Of a DNA stretch of 64,000 nt, positions 32,065 to 41,476 are shown one piece after another (position 1 is the stretch's first letter; each line of letters begins with the position of its first letter). The stretch is from the sequence record SRR22947727_1359; one strand, given 5' to 3'. The position numbers were made by a program, and so were the translations under genes. Below the pieces are notes generated by a model. The model was not told the origin of the DNA and ran no database searches. It was given only the letters and a program-made list of their open reading frames with translations.

Positions 32065-32616
32065 ATGAAATACTTTCTCTGGCTCAGTTTGCCGCTCTAC
32101 ATTCTCGACCAAGTTACAAAATTCTTCATCGTGAAGAATTTTCGGGATCCGGAGCTACTCGGCTACACCGACACCGTGCCGGTCATCGAGGGGTTTTTCA
32201 ATCTGGTGCGTGTTCACAACAAAGGCATGGCCTTCGGAATGCTGAACGGAACGGCCTACGCCAATTTGCTTTTCGGAGCGATCGCGATCACTGCTCTCAC
32301 GTTTATTGTCCTCTTGTGGCGCAAAAATACGTTTCCCGATAAATTATCGAAAACAGCAGCAGCGCTATTAGTTAGCGGGATTTTGGGGAATTTCACCGAC
32401 CGAATCCTTCCCGGTCGCGGCTACGTCGTCGATTTTCTGGATTTCAAACTGCCGTTTTATGAGTTGATAGCCAAAGGCAGCGGCGGCCATTTCCCGTCAT
32501 TCAACGTCGCCGACTCCTGCATTTGCATTGCAGCTGCCCTGCTTTTCATCGTGGCATTTCGGAAGCCGAAAGAAGACGGCGATGAAAAACCGAAGAAAGA
32601 CAAAACCGCTGCGTGA
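32065..32616 (+). CDS. lspA: Lipoprotein signal peptidase II
   Basis: LDQVTK, NKGMAFG, GILGNFTDR, VVDF, FNVADSCI. Confidence 0.95.
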   Translation: MKYFLWLSLPLYILDQVTKFFIVKNFRDPELLGYTDTVPVIEGFFNLVRVHNKGMAFGMLNGTAYANLLFGAIAITALTFIVLLWRKNTFPDKLSKTAAALLVSGILGNFTDRILPGRGYVVDFLDFKLPFYELIAKGSGGHFPSFNVADSCICIAAALLFIVAFRKPKEDGDEKPKKDKTAA

Positions 32617-32650
32617 TTGGCGATTCGATCATTTCGCGCTAGTTTGAGAC

Positions 32651-33235
32651 ATGCGAACGCAGACTCTAGTTTGGCTCGGATTGATTTTGCTGGTGGGCTG
32701 CGTCCTGATCGGGGTGAGCCAGTGCGGCTACAACAAGCTGCAAGCCATGAGCTCTCTCGAAAATAAATCGGCTGAGATCGAGGGTGAATTTACCAGCGTG
32801 GATCACATTTCCACCGGAACCCTCGCCACATTGATGACCGCAAACGAAAAAGGCGCGGTTCCTCTTTTAATAGTCGACACGCGAGCTCCTGACGAATTCG
32901 CCATTTCAAAAATTCCCGGTGCAGTGAATCTTGAATCGGCCGCTGATGTCTCCGAATATCTAAAAACGGCCGATCCAAAGCCCGAAACCATCGCGGTTTA
33001 TTGCTCGGTCGGTTATCGCTCCGCCGTGGTTGTTGATGAATTGAACAAAGCGGGAGTCAAAAACGCCAAGAACGTGAGGGGATCGATCTTTGCCTGGGCG
33101 AATGAAGACCGCAATCTGGTCACTCCCGGGGGAGAACCTGCGAATAAGGTTCATCCGTTTAATGAATTCTGGGGCCGACTTGTAAAGGAGGAAAAACAAG
33201 CTGATTTGGAAAAAATGGATTCCACGAACCAATAG
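32651..33235 (+). CDS. Rhodanese-like domain protein
   Basis: DTR..EF..SKIPGA, YCSVGYRS, GSIFAWANE, VHPFNEFWG. Confidence 0.88.
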   Translation: MRTQTLVWLGLILLVGCVLIGVSQCGYNKLQAMSSLENKSAEIEGEFTSVDHISTGTLATLMTANEKGAVPLLIVDTRAPDEFAISKIPGAVNLESAADVSEYLKTADPKPETIAVYCSVGYRSAVVVDELNKAGVKNAKNVRGSIFAWANEDRNLVTPGGEPANKVHPFNEFWGRLVKEEKQADLEKMDSTNQ

Positions 33236-33267
33236 GGTACGTTCGCCAAATCAACCCTGTTGGATCG
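33225..33267. repeat. REP-like palindromic repeat (43-bp doublet); supplies the rhodanese stop codon
   Basis: CGAACCAATAGGGTACGTTCGCCAAATCAACCCTGTTGGATCG. Confidence 0.8.
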
Positions 33268-33277
33268 AAAAAACGAG

Positions 33278-34399
33278 ATGCGCGTACTGATTGCTCCCGA
33301 CAAATTTAAAGGCTCGATGTCGGCAGGAACGGTCGCGCGGATTTTGGGCGAACGGCTATCGGAGGCGAATTTTGAGATCCACGAAATGCCGATCGCTGAC
33401 GGCGGCGAAGGAACCACCGAGGTGCTTTGCGAAGTTCTTGGGGGCAAGATGATGGAAGTCGAGGTTTCAGACGCGATGGGAAACCCGGTTTCGGCGAGCT
33501 ATGCCGTAGCGGGCGAAACTGCGGTTTTGGAAATGAGCGCGGCCTCGGGATTATGGAAAATCCCTGAAAACGATCGAAACCCGTGGCTCGCTTCTACTTT
33601 TGGCACGGGTGAAATGCTGCGAGACGCGATTTCTAAACACGCGGCGAAGCGAATCGTGATCGGAATCGGCGGAAGCGCTACGAACGACGGCGGCGCGGGA
33701 ATGGCTCGCGCGTTGGGATATCGATTTTTCGATCGTGATTTAGCAGACGTGACGCGACTCCCGGAAGAGTTGGACCGTGTTGGCGGGGTTCGATTTGACG
33801 GCGATTTCACGTTTCCAACAATCGAAGTCGCCTGCGATGTGGACAACCCCCTGCTCGGAGAAAACGGGGCCACGCGGATATACGGTCAGCAGAAGGGGAT
33901 TGCGGAAGCTGATTTCTCCGGATTCGAAAATCGCCTGGCCGCATTGGCAAAGCTCGCCGAACGGGATTTAGGGAGATCCCCCCTTTTAAAATTACAACCC
34001 GGCGCAGGTGCTGCCGGAGGTCTCGGTTTTGGGCTGATGGCGTTTTGCGATGCCCAACTCCGCCCGGGATTTGAGCTAATCGCAGATTTGATCGATTTGG
34101 AGCAAGCGATTGCCGAATGCGACGCCGTTATTACCGGAGAAGGCAAGCTCGACCACCAAACGCTCAATGGAAAAGGCCCTCACGGACTGGCCCAGATGGC
34201 GCGACGTAGTGGAAAACCCATTATTGCCGTCGTCGGTGATAGTGATAACTCTCCTGAAATCGCGTCCGAGTTCGATTTGATCATTAAAATCCGTGATCCC
34301 GAGCTTTCGATCGCTGAATCGATGGCAAAAGGCCCCGATTTGCTGGCCGCAGACTCGGTTTCAGAGGCGATTTGCCGCTTTCTCAAAGGCGTTGCCTAA
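33278..34399 (+). CDS. Glycerate kinase (GlxK/GarK family)
   Basis: IAPDKFKGS, PIADGGEGT, GIGGSATNDGG, GAGAAGGLG, ITGEG. Confidence 0.93.
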   Translation: MRVLIAPDKFKGSMSAGTVARILGERLSEANFEIHEMPIADGGEGTTEVLCEVLGGKMMEVEVSDAMGNPVSASYAVAGETAVLEMSAASGLWKIPENDRNPWLASTFGTGEMLRDAISKHAAKRIVIGIGGSATNDGGAGMARALGYRFFDRDLADVTRLPEELDRVGGVRFDGDFTFPTIEVACDVDNPLLGENGATRIYGQQKGIAEADFSGFENRLAALAKLAERDLGRSPLLKLQPGAGAAGGLGFGLMAFCDAQLRPGFELIADLIDLEQAIAECDAVITGEGKLDHQTLNGKGPHGLAQMARRSGKPIIAVVGDSDNSPEIASEFDLIIKIRDPELSIAESMAKGPDLLAADSVSEAICRFLKGVA

Positions 34400-34514
34400 A
34401 ATTAGTAAAAAAAGCCACCTCTAAAAAGCCTGCAAAAAGCGCTATCGGCTATGGTTTTTAGAAAAAGTTAAGGAATTTCTCGGGCAGGCCCGCAAGACGA
34501 GTTATTCTCCAATA

Positions 34515-34907
34515 GTGAGCGGGAAATCCAGCGCCGTGGGTTACGGCGAGGTCGTAGGCGTCCAAGTCTACAAAGGAAAAGCGGGCAAAGCCGGTTGTTC
34601 TTCGAATGCGGCCTGCTTCTCAGCGGGCAACGCTTTCGGGCTCGGCGGCACGACCGTTCTTGATCCTTACACCTCGTCGGCACATTACGGACTGGGTGGG
34701 AATGTGGGATTGCCGGGGTTTGCCACCCTTCCCTACACCGCAGGCGCCTGGGCTGGCGGCTATTCACGGACACCAATCGTGCTTAACAGCGCGAGTAATG
34801 CCGGACTTAGCTGCGGGACCAATAGCCATTGCGGCTCGAAACCAAAAGCTTTTACGACCCGCAAGGTCGTGAAACAAACAGAACAAAACTACGAAATAAC
34901 AAAATGA
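34515..34907 (+). CDS. Hypothetical Gly/Cys-rich protein, possibly 5'-truncated
   Basis: Frame open back to 34425 without ATG; two CxxNxxC motifs; stop overlaps the next ATG (ATGA). Confidence 0.5.
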   Translation: MSGKSSAVGYGEVVGVQVYKGKAGKAGCSSNAACFSAGNAFGLGGTTVLDPYTSSAHYGLGGNVGLPGFATLPYTAGAWAGGYSRTPIVLNSASNAGLSCGTNSHCGSKPKAFTTRKVVKQTEQNYEITK

Positions 34908-35290
34908 TGAAACAACTACTGCTTACAGCCGTTGCATGTGCCTTGGTAACAAGTTGCAGCAGCACCTACATGGCCGACGTCGCCCCTGAAACACGGGACT
35001 GTGAAATCGGACAAACCCAAATCGGCGGATTCAACGCCTCAAGTGTCGTCTCTTACTGCAAAAATCCTTACACAGGTTGCATCGAGACAAGCGGCATTCA
35101 GGTCCACCGCGATAGTGGAATCAACAACGTAGCGAAACTTGCTGCTTCAGCAGGTGCCGTCGCCGGAGGAACCGGATCGGTTCTTAGCGGAGTAGGCGCT
35201 ATCAAATACGGAAACGCCTGGGAAAACATCGCCGAAAACGGTCTGACTCAGCGCTTCGAAGGAATGGGCGACACCAACATAAACGTCTAG
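34904..35290 (+). CDS. Hypothetical lipoprotein with Gly-zipper-like segment; in-frame coding-like tail to 35371
   Basis: MMKQLLLTAVACALVTSC lipobox; AASAGAVAGGTGSVLSGVGA. Confidence 0.65.
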   Translation: MMKQLLLTAVACALVTSCSSTYMADVAPETRDCEIGQTQIGGFNASSVVSYCKNPYTGCIETSGIQVHRDSGINNVAKLAASAGAVAGGTGSVLSGVGAIKYGNAWENIAENGLTQRFEGMGDTNINV

Positions 35291-35444
35291 GGCTCAGGCG
35301 CTCACGCTGGCGGCGGCAAAGGTCACGGTGGTCCAAAAGGTGGCGGAATGCCAATGACTCCAGAGGACTAACTTCTAACTTTGGGAATTTATCCCTCAAC
35401 ACTTTCATCTACAAATCGTCGGATTTGTTCTGAAAGGCAAATTT

Positions 35445-35475
35445 CCCCGGTAACCGCAGGGTTGCTGGGGTTTTT
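35445..35475 (+). terminator. Intrinsic terminator
   Basis: CCCCGGTAACC-GCAG-GGTTGCTGGGG-TTTTT, with G.U pairs on the + strand. Confidence 0.65.
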
Positions 35476-35486
35476 GCGTACGAGGA

Positions 35487-36293
35487 TCACACTTGGCAAT
35501 TGGGGCACCAACAGGTGGTCCGCCCTCGCAAGTCCGCTCGTGTCAGATCGGATCCGCAATCTTTCCTTGGGCAATTCCCACCGTCTTTCCATCGATGATT
35601 GAACAACCAGGAGTTTGGCGGCTTTTTCCATTCATCCCCGATCACTCCCATGGCCTGTTTCGACAATTGGCGTGTGAGTTTCCAGATTGCAACTCGCTCC
35701 GATTCGTCGAGTTCTCCCGTTCGGGTTGCCGGATCAATCGGCAATCGCCAGCAAATTTCGTCGGCCATCCAGTTTCCAATTCCCGGAAAAACGCGCTGAT
35801 CAAGCAACAGCGTTTTGATCGGTGATTTCGGATGCCTCGCCATGAAATCAAAAACCAGCGTTTTCGTAAAACGGGAATCGAGCGGTGACGGCGGCAAATC
35901 GACCCACCATTTCGGGAAGCTTCCAGATTCCTCAAAATCCAGCGTCACTTTTCCAAACATTCGGGGATCGCAGAAAACCAAGGTCGTGGCTTTCCCATGC
36001 AACACGAGATGATCGTGTTTCTCAGGTTTGTAATCTGAGGAAGCAGTGAACAATTTGCCGGTCATTCCAAGATGACCCGCCAGCCATTTGCCATTGGAAA
36101 ACTGAAACATCCATTTCTTTCCGTGAGTATGACTCGCCTCCAGCGTTTCACCCGCGAGCTGCTTTTTAAACGTCGGCGCAGGTGTTTCACGGAAAATCCG
36201 CGCTTTTGGATGAACCGACACGCGATCAAAAACGTGACCGATTCCCGGGTCCCACTGTTTTCTGAAAAATTCGACTTCGGCGAGTTCTGGCAT
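35487..36293 (-). CDS. Fpg/Nei family DNA glycosylase
   Basis: MPELAEVE, HLGMTG, DPRMFG, LLDQ..GIGNWMADE, C-terminal Zn finger GRTTCWCPNCQ. Confidence 0.92.
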   Translation of the reverse strand: MPELAEVEFFRKQWDPGIGHVFDRVSVHPKARIFRETPAPTFKKQLAGETLEASHTHGKKWMFQFSNGKWLAGHLGMTGKLFTASSDYKPEKHDHLVLHGKATTLVFCDPRMFGKVTLDFEESGSFPKWWVDLPPSPLDSRFTKTLVFDFMARHPKSPIKTLLLDQRVFPGIGNWMADEICWRLPIDPATRTGELDESERVAIWKLTRQLSKQAMGVIGDEWKKPPNSWLFNHRWKDGGNCPRKDCGSDLTRADLRGRTTCWCPNCQV

Positions 36294-36334
36294 GGGTGAG
36301 GTTACGCACGGGACCTCACTCGCAAGCCAATTTT

Positions 36335-37750
36335 TTACTCGTATTTTCCAAAACGGAATCGTTCCTGCGCCGGCTCTTCGCGGGCCTCGAGCAAAAGCTT
36401 CTCCATTTCGGCAACGATTGCGGGATTCTTCGCTGCGACGTCGTTCTTTTCTTCACGATCGGTCACCAAATTATAAAGCTCCAACGGTGTATCGGGCTTT
36501 TTCTTCATATTCCGCTTCAATCCCTTCCAATCACCTTTTCGGATGGCGACTTGGCCACCGTAGCCACCGAAATCCCACGCCAAATATTCATGCTCAGGCT
36601 GATCTTTTCCCAGCAATGTTGGCAAATAACTGATGCCATCATGCTTTGATTCGATCGGAGTTCCGGCAACTTCAGCCAAGGTCGCCATGGCATCGTAATG
36701 CGCGGAAACGTGATCCGAAGTCGTCCCCGCTTCGATTTTTCCGGGCCAGCGAACCAGCATTGGAATGCGGATTCCTCCTTCATAAATACTGCCTTTCAAG
36801 CCATTCAACCCATTGACACTGTTGAAAAATTCGTAATCAACCTGCTCCTTCAAAAACGTCGCACCGTTGTCGGATGTAAAAAAGACGATCGTGTTTTCAT
36901 CGAGATTCAGCTCCTTGAGCGACGCCATGACACGGCCGACCTGTTTATCCATAAACGTAATCATCGACGCATAGGCCGCGCGCGGTTTGGGATGTGGAAG
37001 ATAACTTTTCCCCGTATACGGCGTTTCCTTCCACTGCCCTTCGTAGGCTTCGAGTTCTTCATTGGGAACCTGCAACGCCAAGTGAGGAATGATCGTCGGA
37101 TAGTAGGCGAAAAAAGGTTCGTCTTTGTTCTCACGGACAAATTTCAACAACTCATCTGCCACCATCTGCGGAGCATAAGTTTCGCCATAGAGGCCTCGAT
37201 CATTTCCCGGGAGCACCCGTTTTCCTGCGTCATCGATGAGATATTTCGGAAACAAATTGTGTGCGTGCCGCTGGCAATTGTATCCGAAAAAGCGATCAAA
37301 TCCCTGCTTCAGCGGGTCGCCGGTTGAACCAACACCACCCATTCCCCATTTTCCAAAGGCTCCTGTTTTGTAACCTTTTTTCTTCAGGACTTCGCCGATT
37401 GTGACCGCCCCTGCCGTAAGCGGTAGCTGACCATCGTGGCTTTCCCACGTTCCAATTTCAAAATTATCCCTCACCTCGGCATGACCACCGTGAAGCCCAG
37501 TCATCAAGCTGCAACGGGCCGGCGCACAAACTGGTGCGCTTGTGTAATGCTGAGTGAAGCGCATCCCCTCACTCGCAAATTGATCGAGGTTTGGAGTTTT
37601 GATTTTTTCCTGCCCGTAACTGCCCAGCTCCGCATAGCCGAGATCATCCGCCATGATAAAAATGATATTTGGCGGGCGCTCGTCTGCGTAGGCAACGAAT
37701 GATCCGACCGAAAGGGAAGCGGCCAAAAAGATGGCATTAAAGATTCTCAT
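36335..37750 (-). CDS. Arylsulfatase (S1 family)
   Basis: PPNIIFIMADDLG, CAPARCSLMTG, GKWG, SDNG, YEGGIRIP; start ATG 37750 with signal peptide. Confidence 0.93.
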   Translation of the reverse strand: MRIFNAIFLAASLSVGSFVAYADERPPNIIFIMADDLGYAELGSYGQEKIKTPNLDQFASEGMRFTQHYTSAPVCAPARCSLMTGLHGGHAEVRDNFEIGTWESHDGQLPLTAGAVTIGEVLKKKGYKTGAFGKWGMGGVGSTGDPLKQGFDRFFGYNCQRHAHNLFPKYLIDDAGKRVLPGNDRGLYGETYAPQMVADELLKFVRENKDEPFFAYYPTIIPHLALQVPNEELEAYEGQWKETPYTGKSYLPHPKPRAAYASMITFMDKQVGRVMASLKELNLDENTIVFFTSDNGATFLKEQVDYEFFNSVNGLNGLKGSIYEGGIRIPMLVRWPGKIEAGTTSDHVSAHYDAMATLAEVAGTPIESKHDGISYLPTLLGKDQPEHEYLAWDFGGYGGQVAIRKGDWKGLKRNMKKKPDTPLELYNLVTDREEKNDVAAKNPAIVAEMEKLLLEAREEPAQERFRFGKYE

Positions 37751-37871
37751 AAACAAATAATGGAAGTTTCGGATAGCAAAAAGGCTCCGGCAATCATGCA
37801 GGAGCCTCAAAAATCGACAAGACCATTGTGTGTCTGCACAAACGGAATTGCAGTTGAATTCGCTGATCGGA

Positions 37872-38375
37872 TTACGAATCCGTTTTCTTCGCTTCAGGCT
37901 TCGGTGGAGTTCCTTTCTTCGCAGCCGATCCCTTTTTCGCTGCTGAACCTTTTTTCTCACTTCCAGCCGGAACAGCCGCAGCCATGGCTTTTTCAGCGGC
38001 AAGATATTCATCTTTGCTCACAGCCGAGTCCGAAGACTTGTCCATGCTAGCGATCATGTTTTTGATCGACGTGCCAAATTCAGCGAGCGAAAGCTGCCCA
38101 TTTTTATCGGCATCAAGTGCGGCAAATTCAGGAGTATCAAAAAGCGACTCAGGAGCGTCCTCTTTCTTTTCTGCCGCAGCAAATTCAGCTTCGCTCAGAT
38201 TCTTATCCCGATTCCGATCCAGCCGATCAAAATCCAATTTCTTCTCTTTTCCAAGCTCCGCATACGTTACCGTGCCATCCCGGTCCTTATCATAAGCCGC
38301 GAAACCCGCTTCATCAGCATTCACAGCTGAAAACGGAATTGAAAGAAGGGTGAACAAAAAAATGGAAGTTTTCAT
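37872..38375 (-). CDS. Secreted EF-hand calcium-binding protein
   Basis: DKDRDGTVTYAE, DRNRDKNLSEAE, DADKNGQLSLAE, DKSSDSAVSKDE; KKGSAA repeats in the tail. Confidence 0.88.
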   Translation of the reverse strand: MKTSIFLFTLLSIPFSAVNADEAGFAAYDKDRDGTVTYAELGKEKKLDFDRLDRNRDKNLSEAEFAAAEKKEDAPESLFDTPEFAALDADKNGQLSLAEFGTSIKNMIASMDKSSDSAVSKDEYLAAEKAMAAAVPAGSEKKGSAAKKGSAAKKGTPPKPEAKKTDS

Positions 38376-38474
38376 TAAATTCGGGGAATTCGAGTTTCCA
38401 TAACTTCGTTCAAATCAGATTTTTGTCGAACCGACTTTGAGAGACGATCACGTCATAAATCGTTGTAACAAAAC

Positions 38475-39980
38475 TCACATTTCGCGCAGTATTTTTAATT
38501 GTTCCGCAATCCACGCTTCGTTTTTTCCAAGCTCGCGTGCCATTAGTTGCACTACGGGATGCGAACATTTTTTCGCCGCCGTCTCATCCAAAAACATAAT
38601 ACGAGTCCGACGCGACAACACATCGAGAAGGGTCTGAGCCATTTCATTTCTTACTGCGTAGACCACATCTCCCATCCGCCACGGCAGAGCCGGATCCAGT
38701 TTTTCCAGCAATGCGGGATCCTTTTTAGCAAGCGCTTCCACTTCCTCATCTTCACGATCCAACAGGGTCAGTTCACCGGTCGAACAGGGTTGGTTCGTAG
38801 AAATCCCCGTAAGCTCAATTGCCCGGCCCACCGCATCTTCCGCCATTTGGCGATAAGTTGTCCATTTCCCGCCAGCCATGGTCAGCAGGCCCGAATCACT
38901 CACGAACAGACCGTGGCTTCGCGAAATTTTCGACGTATCACCAGCGCCGGTTTCCGGAGGTTTCACCAACGGTCGCAGCCCGGCAAACGTTGCTCGAATA
39001 TCCGCGTGCGTCGGCTTGTTCTGCAAATACCGCCCCGCGTGTTCGATCAGATAATCAATTTCCTCCTGACGCGGTTTCGGCTCCAATTCCACTGGAACAT
39101 TACCCGTGTCAGTGGTTCCTAGCAGCACTTTTCCATACCACGGAATCGCAAACAGAACGCGCCCGTCATCCGTGTTTGGGATCATGATCGCCGTGTCTCC
39201 ACCGAGAAATTCCGCATCGAGCACAATATGAATTCCCTGACTCGGCTGGATCACATTAGCCGATTTCGGATCATCCATTTTGCGAACGGAATCGGTAAAA
39301 ACACCCGTCGCGTTGATGACGATTTTTCCGACCGCTTCATATTTAGTACCCGAAATCTGATCTTCAGCTTCGATTCCGACTACTTTGTCAGAGTCGTTTT
39401 TTATCAGACCGTTAACCCGCACATAATTCAAAACCGTGGCATCATTCGCGGCCGCAGTTCGCGCCATCGCCACGGCTAAACGCGCGTCATCAAACTGCCC
39501 ATCCCAATAAAACGTACTGCCGTAAAGGCCATCGGGATTCAGGTTCGGAATATGGTTAAGCGTTTTTTCTTTAGAAAAATGACCCGTTTTTTCGATCCCT
39601 AATTTTCCAGCCAGAAAATCATACATCACCAGCCCAACCCCATAAAAAAATCGCTCATACCAGCGATAAGCTGGCACGACGAACGATAACGGTTTCACCA
39701 AATTGGCTGCATTCTTCAACAATCGACCGCGTTCCCGCAGCGATTCGCGAACAAGCCCAATCTCGCCTCCACGAAGATAGCGAACGCCGCCGTGGACCAA
39801 TTTCGTGCTGCGCGAGGATGTGCCTTCAGAAAAATCAGCCTGCTCCACAAGCAAGGTTTTCAAGCCCCGGGTAGCTGAATCGACCGCGATACCAAGTCCC
39901 GTTGCACCACCACCAATAATAATGATGTCCCATTTCACCAATGAATCAGCCAGTTGATCAAGCATGCGAGATCGGTTCAT
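38475..39980 (-). CDS. glpD: FAD-dependent glycerol-3-phosphate dehydrogenase
   Basis: IIGGGATG, GTSSRSTKLVHGGVRYL, DGQFDDAR, GTTD, AGLRPL, GGKWTTYR, SRRTR. Confidence 0.92.
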   Translation of the reverse strand: MNRSRMLDQLADSLVKWDIIIIGGGATGLGIAVDSATRGLKTLLVEQADFSEGTSSRSTKLVHGGVRYLRGGEIGLVRESLRERGRLLKNAANLVKPLSFVVPAYRWYERFFYGVGLVMYDFLAGKLGIEKTGHFSKEKTLNHIPNLNPDGLYGSTFYWDGQFDDARLAVAMARTAAANDATVLNYVRVNGLIKNDSDKVVGIEAEDQISGTKYEAVGKIVINATGVFTDSVRKMDDPKSANVIQPSQGIHIVLDAEFLGGDTAIMIPNTDDGRVLFAIPWYGKVLLGTTDTGNVPVELEPKPRQEEIDYLIEHAGRYLQNKPTHADIRATFAGLRPLVKPPETGAGDTSKISRSHGLFVSDSGLLTMAGGKWTTYRQMAEDAVGRAIELTGISTNQPCSTGELTLLDREDEEVEALAKKDPALLEKLDPALPWRMGDVVYAVRNEMAQTLLDVLSRRTRIMFLDETAAKKCSHPVVQLMARELGKNEAWIAEQLKILREM

Positions 39981-40005
39981 TGGGTTACAGATCACGCAAT
40001 CAGCC

Positions 40006-40758
40006 ATGTTGTCCAAAAATCATTCTGAAAACTGTTTCGGCTTTTGTCACGATTGCGACCGCGTTCATTCGCTGCCGACCGGCAATGCGATCGAACTCGC
40101 GCAGGAATTGCTGCGTGATTTCGAAAAATTCAAGCGACTCGATTTCATCAATGATGAATCGCAAGCTGACCCTCAATTCGGATTCGATCAACTGTTTCCC
40201 GGAGATCGCGGCCACATGTTTGGCATTTTAGAATGCGAAAACGAATCGGGAGAACAGAAAATATTGCGCGCCTTTTCATCGCTCGCCGGCGGTATTCGCA
40301 AAGTCCCCGGCTGGGTTTCGTCGATGCTCGATCCCAAAATTTTCGCAGAGCAGGTTTTCCCAGGGCAACAGAAAATCAAAGCGATGACTGCGGAAATGAA
40401 TGGTCACGGACGCGAAACCAGCGCTGGAGCCGCCATTTTTGAGGAACGAAAACAATTCTCCCAAAACTTGATGCGGGAGATCCATGACTTTTACGAGTTC
40501 ACCAATTTCCGAGGCGAAACCCGTCCGCTGCGCGACATTTTTCTAAAACCCGATTCCATCCCCGGCGGCGTCGGTGAATGCTGCGCCCCAAAATTGTTAA
40601 ATCACGCCGCGAAAAACGGGCTCAAGCCACTCGGCCTCGCTGAATTTTATTGGGGCGGACCCAACAGTTCTGGCCGCAAACAGCCCGGCGAATTCTTCAG
40701 CTGCTGCGAAGACAAATGCCAGCCAATCCTCGGTTTCATGCTGTGTGGTGTGGACTAG
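40006..40758 (+). CDS. Stand-alone N-terminal domain of large RluA-family pseudouridine synthases
   Basis: GHMFGIL, LRAFS, PGGVGECCAPKLL, AEFYWG, CEDKCQPILGFMLCG. Confidence 0.75.
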   Translation: MLSKNHSENCFGFCHDCDRVHSLPTGNAIELAQELLRDFEKFKRLDFINDESQADPQFGFDQLFPGDRGHMFGILECENESGEQKILRAFSSLAGGIRKVPGWVSSMLDPKIFAEQVFPGQQKIKAMTAEMNGHGRETSAGAAIFEERKQFSQNLMREIHDFYEFTNFRGETRPLRDIFLKPDSIPGGVGECCAPKLLNHAAKNGLKPLGLAEFYWGGPNSSGRKQPGEFFSCCEDKCQPILGFMLCGVD

Positions 40759-40769
40759 AATCACTCACA

Positions 40770-40812
40770 CGAACCAATAGGGTACGTTCGATGAACAGAC
40801 CCTATTCATTCG
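40770..40812. repeat. REP-like palindromic repeat (43-bp doublet)
   Basis: CGAACCAATAGGGTACGTTCGATGAACAGACCCTATTCATTCG. Confidence 0.8.
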
Positions 40813-40825
40813 TTTTCCTCCAAAA

Positions 40826-41476
40826 ATGAATCCTGACCTTCAAATAAAAATTCTTCACGAAGAAGCCGAATTCGTCGTCGTGGAAAAGCCCAGCGGGATG
40901 CTATCTGTTCCGGGTCGGGGACCAGAGAAAGCAGATTGCGTGACGGCCCGGATTCGAGCGTTGTACCCGGATTGCATCGAGCAACCTGCGCCGCATCGGC
41001 TGGATATGGATACGTCAGGAATTCTTTTGGTTACCCTGACTGCCGAAGCACATCGAAATTTGTCGAGGCAGTTTCAGGAGCGGGAAACCAAAAAACGCTA
41101 CATCGCGTTGCTCGATGGAATTCTTGAGCGAGACGAGGATTCAGGAACCATTGAGCTGCCCTTCCGTCTCGATATCGACAACCGCCCGCATCAAATTTAC
41201 GACCCTGAATTTGGAAAAATGGGCATTTCCCACTGGAAAAAAGTTGGCGACGAAAACGGGCAGTCTCGAATCGAATTTGTGCCTGTAACTGGCCGAACGC
41301 ATCAACTGCGATTACACTCCGCGCATGAAAAAGGCTTCGGAATTCCAATTGTCGGTGATCCACTTTACGGAAATGGTACCGGCCCTGCGGAAATGAGATT
41401 GCACGCCTGCGAACTGACTTTTTCGCACCCGACAACGGGCGAGCAAACGACGTTTTATTCGGAACCTCCGTTTTGA
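40826..41476 (+). CDS. RluA-family pseudouridine synthase (catalytic domain)
   Basis: KPSGMLSVPG, HRLDMDTSG, TGRTHQLRLH, PIVGDPLYG, LHA. Confidence 0.93.
   Translation: MNPDLQIKILHEEAEFVVVEKPSGMLSVPGRGPEKADCVTARIRALYPDCIEQPAPHRLDMDTSGILLVTLTAEAHRNLSRQFQERETKKRYIALLDGILERDEDSGTIELPFRLDIDNRPHQIYDPEFGKMGISHWKKVGDENGQSRIEFVPVTGRTHQLRLHSAHEKGFGIPIVGDPLYGNGTGPAEMRLHACELTFSHPTTGEQTTFYSEPPF

Noticed and set aside
34405-34470. AAAAAGC triplet and TCTAAAAA/TTTTTAGA inverted repeat as a riboswitch
   Set aside because: No recognisable aptamer consensus; low-complexity AT-rich sequence.
37751-38011. Long N-terminal extension of the arylsulfatase ORF
   Set aside because: Overlaps the EF-hand gene; the signal peptide begins at ATG 37750.
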